From NCBI GenBank assembly GCA_043821645.1, contig JBDRCO010000051.1, positions 184,928 to 248,927 of the forward strand: DNA of 64,000 bases. The letters are read 5' to 3'. Positions 19,795 to 28,846 of the stretch are shown here, piece after piece. This DNA comes from Pseudomonadota bacterium (GTDB lineage Bacteria > Myxococcota > JACRCW01 > JAFGSX01). Positions within the stretch are counted from its first letter, which is position 1. Each line of letters begins with the position of its first letter. Position numbers and translations under genes: made by a program. Below the pieces are notes generated by a model that was not told the origin of the DNA, ran no database searches, and saw nothing but the letters and a program-made list of their open reading frames with translations.

Positions 19795-20535
19795 TCAACG
19801 GCGGCGGACGACGGCGACCAGGGACACACCCAGGGGCAGATCGCGACGGGCGAGCCAGGGCGCCTCGAGGGCAAACAGACCACTGAGCAGCAGGTTGAGC
19901 AGCGGCCCGTTGATCTGGTTCTCGCTCCGGAGCTGGCGCGGCCGGACGAGGTTCAGGACCTGGCGCGCCACGAAGATCGGGGGTAGCAGCAGCAGGTTGA
20001 AGGACGTCAGACGCTCCAGCTCGTCGGGGTGGTCTGCGAACAGGGCGCGCAGCGATGCGGCCGTGTAGCGACGGCGGTGGTGCGCCAGATCGTCGTGCAG
20101 CCCCCACAGCCACGCGTGCGCTGGCACGAACACGATCAGCAGACCTCCGGGCGCCACCACGCGCAGCAGCTCGGCGACGCCGCGGTCGTCGTCGTCCAGG
20201 TGCTCCAGCAGATCCAGAGCCGTGACCAGCTCGAAGGATCCGTCGCGAAAAGGGAGAGCCAGCACGTCGCCAGCCACCACGGCCGTGTACAGAGCATGCC
20301 GCTGCCGGCCCTGTACCAAAGCGTCGGCAGAGAAATCGACACCGACCAGGGTCCGGCTCCTGGCCGCCAGCACCGGAGCATTGGCACCGGTCCCGAAACC
20401 GACGTCCAGGGTGCGCAGGTCGTGGGACGACCCCAGGGCGGCATCGAGAAGACCGCGGAGGATGCGACGGCGACCGCGAAACCACCAGTGGGTGGCCTCG
20501 ACCTGCGCCTCGACCTCGTAGACGCCGAGTTCCAC
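19795..20535 (-). CDS. Class I SAM-dependent methyltransferase
   Basis: HWWF..RR, LDVGFGTG, LPFRDGSFELVTALDLLEH, HHRRRY. Confidence 0.9.
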   Translation of the reverse strand: MELGVYEVEAQVEATHWWFRGRRRILRGLLDAALGSSHDLRTLDVGFGTGANAPVLAARSRTLVGVDFSADALVQGRQRHALYTAVVAGDVLALPFRDGSFELVTALDLLEHLDDDDRGVAELLRVVAPGGLLIVFVPAHAWLWGLHDDLAHHRRRYTAASLRALFADHPDELERLTSFNLLLLPPIFVARQVLNLVRPRQLRSENQINGPLLNLLLSGLFALEAPWLARRDLPLGVSLVAVVRRR

Positions 20536-21527
20536 TAGCGTGCGCCGAAGCGGCGCTCACCGAAGCGCAGCGAGGGCAGCTGCCGCGCCGTGGTGGCATA
20601 GGTGTCGATCGCGCCGAAGAGGTCCGGTGGTCCCTCGACGGCACGCCATCTGAAGAAATCCAGCAGCAGCTGCAAGATCTTCTCCCACGCCTGATCCTCG
20701 GCATCGCGTCCGAGCAGGTAGGCCGCGGCCGTGAACATGCTCTCACCGCCCTCGACGAAGTGACGCAGCCCAAGCCTGGCGAGTTCGGCCCGGCGAGGGT
20801 TGGGCTTGCCCCAGAAGCTTCGCGTACGCAGGTGGGTGGTCAGGAACAGCTCCCCCAGCGCCAGCATGCCGCGCGCCGAGGGCACGTACTCGCGCAGGGA
20901 ATCCAGCTCGCGCAGGAAGACTTCGACGCGCGCGATGTCCTCGCTGGTGCGGGCGAAGAATCCCCGCGAACCCTCGGGGCTCCGTCGGTCCGGAACGACC
21001 TCGAAGAAGCCGTCGATCAGGTCACGATAGCGTGCGGACATCGCGTCGACATCGAAGGACTCGACGATGAGGTCCTCGAAGTCGAGCAACTCGTCCTGGC
21101 TGAACAGATCCAGCTCGACGATGTCGCTCTCGTCCACGGCCAGGGCGTCTGCGGCACTGGTGCGAGGATCCATGCCCCGCAGTGCCGCCTGGCAGCGCGG
21201 CCACAGCTCGCCGAGGTAGGGACTGTTGGCCACCAGCTGCGCCACCATGTCAGCACGAGGTTCCATGTCCCGCAGCGTCGCGGCCAGGGCCTCGAACTCG
21301 CGTTGCGCCGTGACCTGACCCTGGGTCGCGAGGTCGAAGCACACCAGTGCAGCAGCCAGGGCAGCCTTGCGGCCACCGAGCTGGCGCAGTACGTCCAGGT
21401 AGAAGTGCAGGCGCGCGGCGTCGGTCCTGAAGCGGTAGGCCAGCGCCAGCACATCCTCGGTGGGCAGTCCGGCCAGCTCCTGCCGCAGGGCGGTCGATGC
21501 ATCCAGGGGCTGCTGGTCCTCGGTCAC
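20535..21527 (-). CDS. Hypothetical protein (start uncertain)
   Basis: Long ORF with coding-like codon bias; its stop overlaps the methyltransferase start. Confidence 0.6.
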   Translation of the reverse strand: MTEDQQPLDASTALRQELAGLPTEDVLALAYRFRTDAARLHFYLDVLRQLGGRKAALAAALVCFDLATQGQVTAQREFEALAATLRDMEPRADMVAQLVANSPYLGELWPRCQAALRGMDPRTSAADALAVDESDIVELDLFSQDELLDFEDLIVESFDVDAMSARYRDLIDGFFEVVPDRRSPEGSRGFFARTSEDIARVEVFLRELDSLREYVPSARGMLALGELFLTTHLRTRSFWGKPNPRRAELARLGLRHFVEGGESMFTAAAYLLGRDAEDQAWEKILQLLLDFFRWRAVEGPPDLFGAIDTYATTARQLPSLRFGERRFGAR

Positions 21528-21634
21528 CGCGTTCTCGTTCTGAAGGGGCCCGTCGACGTGGCAGCTTGTCACAATAGCCAATGCGCGGCAGCATGGAAAG
21601 CACCCTCACCTCTCGCACACGACCCGGAGAAAAC

Positions 21635-22528
21635 ATGAAGACCGCCTTCACCGAGATGTTCGAGCTGTCCCTGCCGGTGGTCGGAGCGCCCATGTTCCTG
21701 GTGTCGGGACCGGCCCTGGTCGCGGCGGTGAGTCAAGCGGGTGGCCTGGGCACGCTGCCCTCGCTCAACGGGCGTTCCAGTCAGGACTTTGCGGCGCTCC
21801 TCGACGAGGTCGAGGGGCTCACCGATCGTCCCTACGGCGTCAACCTCATCCTGAAGGACAATCCACGCCTCGAGGCCGATCTCGAAACCTGCCTGCAGCA
21901 CCGGGTCCGCATGCTCATCACCAGTCTGGGAGACCCGACCCAGGTGGTCGAGCGAGCCCATGCGCGCGGCGTCAAAGTGTTCTGTGACGTCGTCAGTGTG
22001 CGTCATGCGGCCAAGGCGGCCGCGGCAGGTGCCGACGGCCTGATCGCGGTGAGTGCGGGCGCCGGAGGACACGCGGGCGCCATCTCCGCTCTGGTGCTGG
22101 TGCCCCTGCTGGTCCAGCGCTTCGGGTTGCCGGTACTCGCCGCGGGCGGCATCGTCGACGGGCGAGGTCTGGCGGCGGCGCTGTGCCTGGGAGCCAGTGC
22201 AGCCTACATCGGCACGCGCCTCATCGCCTGCCCCGAGTCCCAGGCCAGTGACGCCTACCAGCAGGCCGTGCTCGACGCGGATATCGACGATGTCGAGTAC
22301 ACCCCCGAGGTCACGGGCGTGTCCGCCAACTTCCTGCGCGCCACGGTCGACGCCATGCGCCGGGGCGAGATCGGGCCCGAGAAGCGCTACAAGAACATCT
22401 GGAGCGCGGGGCAGGACGTCGCCCTGATCGCGGACCGCCCGCCCGCCGGGGAGCTGGTGCAGGGCATGGTACGTGAAGCCAGTGCTCTCCTGCACAAGCT
22501 GGCAGGCGACCCCATCGAGGCGCCGTGA
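21635..22528 (+). CDS. Nitronate monooxygenase / FabK-like flavoprotein
   Basis: APMFLVS, AGGLG, PYGVNLI, AGGHAG, AAGGI.DGRG, GTR, IWSAGQ. Confidence 0.92.
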   Translation: MKTAFTEMFELSLPVVGAPMFLVSGPALVAAVSQAGGLGTLPSLNGRSSQDFAALLDEVEGLTDRPYGVNLILKDNPRLEADLETCLQHRVRMLITSLGDPTQVVERAHARGVKVFCDVVSVRHAAKAAAAGADGLIAVSAGAGGHAGAISALVLVPLLVQRFGLPVLAAGGIVDGRGLAAALCLGASAAYIGTRLIACPESQASDAYQQAVLDADIDDVEYTPEVTGVSANFLRATVDAMRRGEIGPEKRYKNIWSAGQDVALIADRPPAGELVQGMVREASALLHKLAGDPIEAP

Positions 22529-22538
22529 CGGGTGAACC

Positions 22539-23219
22539 TCAAGCGGCGGCGCGGGCGGGGCGAAGGGCGAGCAGGTCAATTCGAACGCGGTAGGTATCGT
22601 CACAGCCGCGGGGCGCGCACTCGACCAGGCCACCAAGCTGGGTCAGGGTCTGAACGAGATGTCGTACCACCTCGGCGCCGTGCTGACCCGCCTGGGTCGA
22701 GAAGCGCAGCAGGCGGTCGCCGAGCGCCACGCTGACCACACCACCCGAGGCCAGCGGGCCATCGAGCCCGATCTCCACATCGAGGCCGCGACCGTCGCAC
22801 TGCAGCAGCACCATGCCGTCGGTGGAGGTGGTGGCCATGTCCGCGTGGAACTTGACGCCGAGCTCGAGCGCCAGGCGCTGGCTGTCTCCGCCCGCGGCGG
22901 GCAGCGTGACGTCGAACCAGGGATCCAGAGCCCGCGCCACGGCCAGCATCAGTCCGCGGGTATCGAGGCCGCCGTCGTAGGCAACATGCAGGCTCTCGCC
23001 GTACACCTGCAGCTCTATCGCTCCCGCCGCCGGCGTGCACCACGCGGGACAGAAAAGCTGCAAGGTCCATTGCCGGGAGTCCGTGTTCTCTATCCACACG
23101 CGCAGGTGCTCGGCGTCGTAGCTGACCACGGCCACAGGGTTCGCGGGCGAGGTCGGCTGCGCGGTGTTCTGGCGGCGATGTCGAAGCACCTGCAAGTTGA
23201 CGATGAGCGCGCTCAGCAT
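22539..23219 (-). CDS. Hypothetical protein with two repeated alpha/beta domains
   Basis: GGAGG RBS before ATG 23219; internal repeat described under findings. Confidence 0.6.
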   Translation of the reverse strand: MLSALIVNLQVLRHRRQNTAQPTSPANPVAVVSYDAEHLRVWIENTDSRQWTLQLFCPAWCTPAAGAIELQVYGESLHVAYDGGLDTRGLMLAVARALDPWFDVTLPAAGGDSQRLALELGVKFHADMATTSTDGMVLLQCDGRGLDVEIGLDGPLASGGVVSVALGDRLLRFSTQAGQHGAEVVRHLVQTLTQLGGLVECAPRGCDDTYRVRIDLLALRPARAAA

Positions 23220-23247
23220 GACGACCTCCTGCTCTGCCCAAGGAGAG

Positions 23248-23314
23248 TTCAAGAGGTGTGCCGTGGTCCTACATGGGTGCCAATTATTAATTTATGTATT
23301 ATTTCAAATGGTTA
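23248..23314 (-). promoter_or_regulatory. Candidate sigma54 promoter plus AT-rich IHF-like site
   Basis: Minus strand CGGCAC-ACCTC-TTGAA (23263-23248); TTTCAAATGGTTA (23302-23314) is one mismatch from WATCAANNNNTTR and lies next to an AT tract. Confidence 0.45.
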
Positions 23315-23432
23315 TAAACTTCCTACGGATCCAGAACAGCGCGGGGTGTCGTTTTGGCCAGACAAATAAAGACCGGCAGCAGGATCCGGCCGACAGAAGG
23401 ATGGACAGATCATGGGCCGGGACTTAACGGTC

Positions 23433-24182
23433 TCAGGGGCCGGCGCTCTCCACTTCCTTGAGAATGGTGCGCGCGCGAATGGCCAGGGGCACACCCAGGT
23501 TGTCGACCTCGTCGGGTTCGATCCCGGCGGTCTCCTGCAGCATGCGCACCGATCGATCGTGGTCCGTGTGGCGGTAGACCTGGGTCGCGAGCAGGAACTT
23601 GGCCGCCTCGCTGGCACGGGTCCCCGTGTCACAGCGAGAGTCCGAGTCGTCGTCGATGAGCGCGCTCAGACTTCGGATGGCAGTCTGCCGACGCTCCTCG
23701 AGCGGGGCGTCCCCATGCATCAACTCCATGCGCTGCAGCATGTACACGGCGCAGGCCGCGCGGTGCGTGTCCCCGTACTTCTCGATCAAGGAGCGCAGTG
23801 ACGCCGCGGCCTCGGCAGTCCGCCCTGTGAAGCGGCCGATCTTCCACAGTTGCTCCATGTCCCCGGCATTGCTGCCCAGGCGCTGCGCGTCCTCCAAGGC
23901 CTGGTCCCGGAAGGCGGCAAGCCCGCGGCTGGTCGGGATGGGCGGACTCCCGGCGGCGTCGGGCGGGGTGGACGCATCCGTCGAGGAAGGCGCGGGGCGC
24001 ACCGTCACCGGGCGCCGCGGCGGTCGTGCACTGGCATCCGGCGTCGTGTCGACCGCAGTGACAGTCTCTGCATCCTGTGACACCGGCGGCGATCCCACGA
24101 ACTGCAGCGCCACCACCGTGCCCACGACAAGTACCGCGATCACCGCGACCCAGATGAAGGGCTGTGACTGTTCTCGCGCCAT
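23433..24182 (-). CDS. Membrane-anchored hypothetical protein with a helical-repeat-like C-terminus
   Basis: N-terminal TM helix, Pro/Thr linker, helical domain. Confidence 0.65.
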   Translation of the reverse strand: MAREQSQPFIWVAVIAVLVVGTVVALQFVGSPPVSQDAETVTAVDTTPDASARPPRRPVTVRPAPSSTDASTPPDAAGSPPIPTSRGLAAFRDQALEDAQRLGSNAGDMEQLWKIGRFTGRTAEAAASLRSLIEKYGDTHRAACAVYMLQRMELMHGDAPLEERRQTAIRSLSALIDDDSDSRCDTGTRASEAAKFLLATQVYRHTDHDRSVRMLQETAGIEPDEVDNLGVPLAIRARTILKEVESAGP

Positions 24183-24213
24183 GGCCCCATGCTAGCTCGG
24201 GTCCGCAGCCTCG

Positions 24214-25935
24214 TCACCTGCGGCGCGTGCCCCGCGGCGAGGGCAACACGGGCACGCGGGAGGGATCGAGGGCCGGAACGTCGAGGGTGGTATCGAGGCG
24301 CCGCGGGTCCAGGGGCGGCCGGCTCGGCGGAGCGACCGACCCGGTGAGCTCGACCTGGGCGTCGAAGCGCAGCAGCTCACCCTGGCGCCGCAGGTCGCCA
24401 CGGATCTCACCCAGCCTGGCCAGGAGCGGTGCCGCAGCCTGACGCGCCGCCCACACCGCGCGCAGGTCGGTGTTGTCGCCGGCGCCGAGCAGGCCGACCC
24501 GCCCCAGTACGGCACGCAGGGCCGTGGCGTCGGCGCGGAGGGCAAACAGGGTGTCGGGCTCGACCTCGGTGCCCTGGGCGGCGAGGGCTGTGCGCAGCTG
24601 GCCCAGGGTGCCAGGACCGGTGCTCGCCACGAGCTGGCCGTCGACGACGCCATAGCCGACCACGCGCCCGCGCTCGGCATAGCTGCGTTCCCCTGCCGGC
24701 AGCTCCGCGGATCCCGCCACCAGCTGGCCGTCGCGGTTTGCCAGCCAGCGATCGAGGCGCTGTAGCAAGGCCTCGGACTGGGCCTCACGACGCAGCGGCA
24801 GCGTCAGCGCGTGCTCGACGAAGAAGGCGCTGCTCACGTCGTCGACGCTGCGTTGCTCGGTGAGGCCAGGCAGCAAGGGTTCGAGGTCGAGCAGGTGCCA
24901 GCCCGCACCACCGTCTGCCAGTGCGGCCAGCTCCTTTTTTAGGGCAATGCCCTGGCCCTCGAGCGTCCGGCCCAGGATCTCGGCATAAGGAAGCACCTCG
25001 GGGAGCACGAAGCGGGCGCTGCACCCCGTCCACAGCGAGAGGGCACCGACGCGTCGTACCTGCCGGGCCGCCGCTCCCTGCAGTACTGGAAAGCGCGCCA
25101 CGCGCCGGGCTCCTTCCGAGGTGGGCCTCACGACGCTGTGCAGAAAGGCCCGGCCGTCGTCGACGCGCAGGCTGCTCGCCACGCGCTCGAGGTCCTCGGC
25201 GGCCCGCCGGGCCGTGCGCCAGGGGCTGATCTGCATGGCAGCGCGATCGAGAAGCAGCAGCAGGTCGCCGTTGGGAAGCCCGTCCAGCAGAGCCTGCCAG
25301 ATGCGATCCTGCACCAGGCGCGCCCGGGGTCGGAGCGCGGCCACCAGCGGAGCGAGATCCCGGGCACAGCCCTGGGGTGCCAGCGCCAGCACGGCTCCGT
25401 CGCTGGCATAGGCAAAGCGTGGCTCTGCATCCTCGGCGATGGCGAGGCCCTCCCCCTGCACGCCCTTCGCGCTGTAATCGCGGCGGACGCCGAGCTGTTC
25501 GCGCGCAGCCACCCGTGCCACCACGCTCTCCCGAAAGCGCGCCAGTCCGCCGGGCAGCAGCCCCAGCAAGAGCACGGGCTGGATCAGGGGGCCCTCGTCG
25601 ACCACGATGAGGGGGCCCGTGGGGTCCAGGCCCGCAGCCTCGAGGCTGGAGGGGTCCCAGGGGTCCAGACCCAGGCGCACACGTAGCTCGACAAACTGGC
25701 GCGTGGGGTCCAGGTCGGGAAGGGCGAGACCGATGCGCGCGAGCAGCGGGTACAGGTGGTGGCTGGCCGCCGCCACGCTCGGCACGACCAGAAGCAGTGG
25801 TGCGCGTGGCAGGCGGTCGGCCCAGCGCCCGAGGTCGGGCAGGGTCGCGGCACGCTCCCGGCTAGCCCCGAGCACCAGCAGCAACGAGATGCAGCTGACG
25901 ACGATGACAGGCGCGGCCGCAGGCCGGCGGATCAC
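24214..25935 (-). CDS. Exported hypothetical protein
   Basis: GTG start overlaps the upstream TGA (GTGA); hydrophobic N-terminus; GLDP...AGLDPTGP motif. Confidence 0.6.
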   Translation of the reverse strand: MIRRPAAAPVIVVSCISLLLVLGASRERAATLPDLGRWADRLPRAPLLLVVPSVAAASHHLYPLLARIGLALPDLDPTRQFVELRVRLGLDPWDPSSLEAAGLDPTGPLIVVDEGPLIQPVLLLGLLPGGLARFRESVVARVAAREQLGVRRDYSAKGVQGEGLAIAEDAEPRFAYASDGAVLALAPQGCARDLAPLVAALRPRARLVQDRIWQALLDGLPNGDLLLLLDRAAMQISPWRTARRAAEDLERVASSLRVDDGRAFLHSVVRPTSEGARRVARFPVLQGAAARQVRRVGALSLWTGCSARFVLPEVLPYAEILGRTLEGQGIALKKELAALADGGAGWHLLDLEPLLPGLTEQRSVDDVSSAFFVEHALTLPLRREAQSEALLQRLDRWLANRDGQLVAGSAELPAGERSYAERGRVVGYGVVDGQLVASTGPGTLGQLRTALAAQGTEVEPDTLFALRADATALRAVLGRVGLLGAGDNTDLRAVWAARQAAAPLLARLGEIRGDLRRQGELLRFDAQVELTGSVAPPSRPPLDPRRLDTTLDVPALDPSRVPVLPSPRGTRRR

Positions 25936-28664
25936 GGCAGATCGTCGCGCTGGCGGGCATGCTCCCACCACGCGCGCCAGCGTGCCAGGGCGGCCTCGCG
26001 CTCGCCCTTGGGGGAATCGAAGTAGTAGCCGAAGAGTTCGCCGCTGAGCGCACTCAGCTCGTACTGCGCACTCTGCCGCAGGGACTTGTCCTTGTGCGCG
26101 AGCCCGGCCAGCAGCCACTCGACGCGGCGCTCGTGACCGTGCGCCTGGAACCAGCTTCGCCACTTGCCAGCGCTGAGCCCGAAATCGTGCTTGCTGATCT
26201 CGCGCAGGGCGTCGGCCACCTCATCCATGAGGTCCTTGGGCCCCTTGTCGAGCAGCTCGATGAGCCTGTGGATGGCCCCGCGATCAAAGCAGGCGCGACT
26301 GGCCCGGACCGCGCGCTGGATCTGCTCCAGGTCCCCGGAGCGCAGAGCCTGATCGATGTGTGCCGCGGCCCAGTCCGGCAGGGAGTGACAGCCGCGCCGG
26401 GTGCACACCTCGGCAGCGGTAAAGGCGATACGTGCCTCGACGTCCAGCAAGCACTGACACAGCCGCGCGTTGGCGGAGGGGATGTGGAGCTCGTTGAGCA
26501 GCACGACGGCCGCGATGCGCACGACCCGGTCGCGACGTCCGAGGGCCTCGACCACGATGGGCGCGGCCGCGGCCGGACCGAGGCGGACCAGGGCCTCGCA
26601 CACCGCGGAGAGCGAGGCCGCCTCCGGACGACGGTCGAAGTTGCCGAACAGGTTGAGCCGGAGCTTGCCCGGAAAAGCCTTGAACAGGGCTGGCAAGGCA
26701 GCCCCGCGCAGTGCCGCGATCCGGCGCAGGGCCTCGCGCCGCGGGAGCTCATTTTCCTCGTGCGCCTCGGCCAGGTCGATCTGGTCCTGGATGCCGGGGG
26801 AAATGGGACTGTGGTGCAACACTGCGGCCAGCTCGAGCGCCGCGACCTCGTCGACGAGCGCCTGCTCCAGCCTGGCGTCATCCAGCACCAGGGGCACGGC
26901 TGCAGCGACGGTGGCTGGCGCAGGGGGTTGCTCCATCTGGTCGGCCAGCGGCTGTGGCGGCAAGGTGGCGGCGGCTGCCTCGACGGTGGCAGGCTCAACG
27001 CCGATCGATTCCTGGACGGCAGGTTCTGCACCCGGGTCCCGCGGCGACCCGGCAGGCTCCACCGGCGAGGGATCCGGCCGGGTGTCGACGGGGCTGGGGG
27101 GATCCACCTCCGCTTCACGCGAGCTCGGCACCACGGCAGGGTCTACGCGAACGGGTGCTGCGGTCACCTCCGGGCTGGCGCTCTCGGCGTGCGCGGCGAC
27201 GGGCGAGGCGGACCCCGCGTCCAGTTCGAGATCCGCGGTGCCACTTTGCAGGGCTCGCTTGCGACGCAGGATCACCACCTCGAGGGCCAGGCGCACCTGC
27301 GGCATCAGCATCTGCAGGTCGGTGAGCACCGCCGGATTGATGGCAGTCTCGCCACAATCGCCCACCAGCACACCCAGCAGGCGCTCCCGGACAAAAAACG
27401 GAACGATGACCACGGCCCGCGGTGCTGCTCCGCCCAGGGCTTTCAGCAGGGCGTCCCCGCTGGGGATGGGCCCCAGGCTGTGGGCGCCGGTGCGCCGCAC
27501 CAGGTGCAGCGAGGGCGAGGCCTCGAGGGGAAGGCGCAGCTGGGTGACACGGCCCTCGAGATCTCCGCCGATGGCGTCCCAGCCAATGAAGGCCTCGTCC
27601 AGCAACACGAACACGGCGACCCTGTCCAGGCGCCGATGCGCGAAGCGCAGCAGGACCTCGACCACGTCGTCTCGACTGTGCGCCAGGGCCAGCTCTGCCG
27701 AGGCGTCCTCGTGGCTCCAGCTCACGCGATGGTGGCGGAGCAGCTCGCGCTGGGCCGCGGCCTCATCCTCGGCCTGCAGTCGCTCCACCAGTCGCGGGGG
27801 GGCCTGCTCGAAGAAGCCGGTATCGACCTCGACGGTGCCGCCGGTCAGCAGCGACGAGATGGCCTCGGCTGGACGCTCGAAGCGGATATCCGACATGTCG
27901 ATGCCGGCCTGGTTCGCCTGCACGGCGTGCCAGCTCTCGATGGGATCGTCGCGGCGTGCGTGGGGTTCCTCGACGCCGCTGACCGCCACCCGGCCAGGCT
28001 CATCTACCACCCAGCCGGGGCCCGCCGCCGCAGCCTCGGTCTGCGGTGTCACCGGCACCGAATCCTGCGCCCCGGCATCCGCCGCCTCGTCGTCCTGGGC
28101 AGGAGCGGTCACCTCCTCGTCGTCGGCAGGAGACGCCGGGACCGAGGCGACGCGCGCAGTGGTCCGCGCTTCCTCGGCCACGCGCTCGACCTCCTCGCCA
28201 AGCTGGGCCAGCAGATGGTCAAAGCGCGCACCCATCGGGATGCCGTAGAGCTGCTCGAGGGCATAGTTCAAGCGCAACTCGATGGTGATGTGGGGAACCA
28301 CGTACAGGCTGAGGGTGAAGCCCACGTCGTCGAGCACGTCGAGCGGCAGCGGGCGACAACACGCCACGTGAAGGTGTCGACGATCCAGCTTCAGGGGAAC
28401 GATGCGATAGCGCTCGGCCAGACGTCGAGGCAGGCGCTTGGCGAGTTCGGGATCGACCCCGGCAAGAGCCACGCGGTCGGCAGCCGGCAGCTTGAACCGA
28501 CGCGACATCGCCTCCAGCAGGAGCGATTCCTCGACCAGCCCCATCTCGAGCAGTACGGTATCGAGCTGGCCGCCGTACAGCACCTGTCGCTGGTACGCGT
28601 CCTCGAGCCGATCCGGCTGCACCACCCCGTCTTCGACCAGCAGCTGCCCCAGACCTGTTGCCAT
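25932..28664 (-). CDS. GspE-N/MshEN-domain protein with a GAF-like middle region and C-terminal HEAT repeats (FrgA-like)
   Basis: LGQLLVEDG...Q...GGQLDTVLLEMG, LPRRLAERYRIVPL, and a HEAT C-terminus with FG...WRSWF. No ATPase domain. Confidence 0.75.
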   Translation of the reverse strand: MATGLGQLLVEDGVVQPDRLEDAYQRQVLYGGQLDTVLLEMGLVEESLLLEAMSRRFKLPAADRVALAGVDPELAKRLPRRLAERYRIVPLKLDRRHLHVACCRPLPLDVLDDVGFTLSLYVVPHITIELRLNYALEQLYGIPMGARFDHLLAQLGEEVERVAEEARTTARVASVPASPADDEEVTAPAQDDEAADAGAQDSVPVTPQTEAAAAGPGWVVDEPGRVAVSGVEEPHARRDDPIESWHAVQANQAGIDMSDIRFERPAEAISSLLTGGTVEVDTGFFEQAPPRLVERLQAEDEAAAQRELLRHHRVSWSHEDASAELALAHSRDDVVEVLLRFAHRRLDRVAVFVLLDEAFIGWDAIGGDLEGRVTQLRLPLEASPSLHLVRRTGAHSLGPIPSGDALLKALGGAAPRAVVIVPFFVRERLLGVLVGDCGETAINPAVLTDLQMLMPQVRLALEVVILRRKRALQSGTADLELDAGSASPVAAHAESASPEVTAAPVRVDPAVVPSSREAEVDPPSPVDTRPDPSPVEPAGSPRDPGAEPAVQESIGVEPATVEAAAATLPPQPLADQMEQPPAPATVAAAVPLVLDDARLEQALVDEVAALELAAVLHHSPISPGIQDQIDLAEAHEENELPRREALRRIAALRGAALPALFKAFPGKLRLNLFGNFDRRPEAASLSAVCEALVRLGPAAAAPIVVEALGRRDRVVRIAAVVLLNELHIPSANARLCQCLLDVEARIAFTAAEVCTRRGCHSLPDWAAAHIDQALRSGDLEQIQRAVRASRACFDRGAIHRLIELLDKGPKDLMDEVADALREISKHDFGLSAGKWRSWFQAHGHERRVEWLLAGLAHKDKSLRQSAQYELSALSGELFGYYFDSPKGEREAALARWRAWWEHARQRDDLP

Positions 28665-28846
28665 GATGTCCTGCTCGACATGAGATGCGGCGCAGCTCAC
28701 CTGCGCCAGCCGACGACCCAGTCAAACGCAGGGGTGCGCGCGGTGTCAAGGATCGCGGGCCCTGGACGCATCGTGGCGCGTGCACGTGTTGACTCGAGCG
28801 CTGGCGCGGGCCACAACACGGCATCATTGCCGCACCGAGGTTCACC

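Noticed and set aside
19739-20773. N-terminal part of the listed 933-aa ORF
   Set aside because: Off-frame shadow over the methyltransferase; the real membrane protein starts at 19738.
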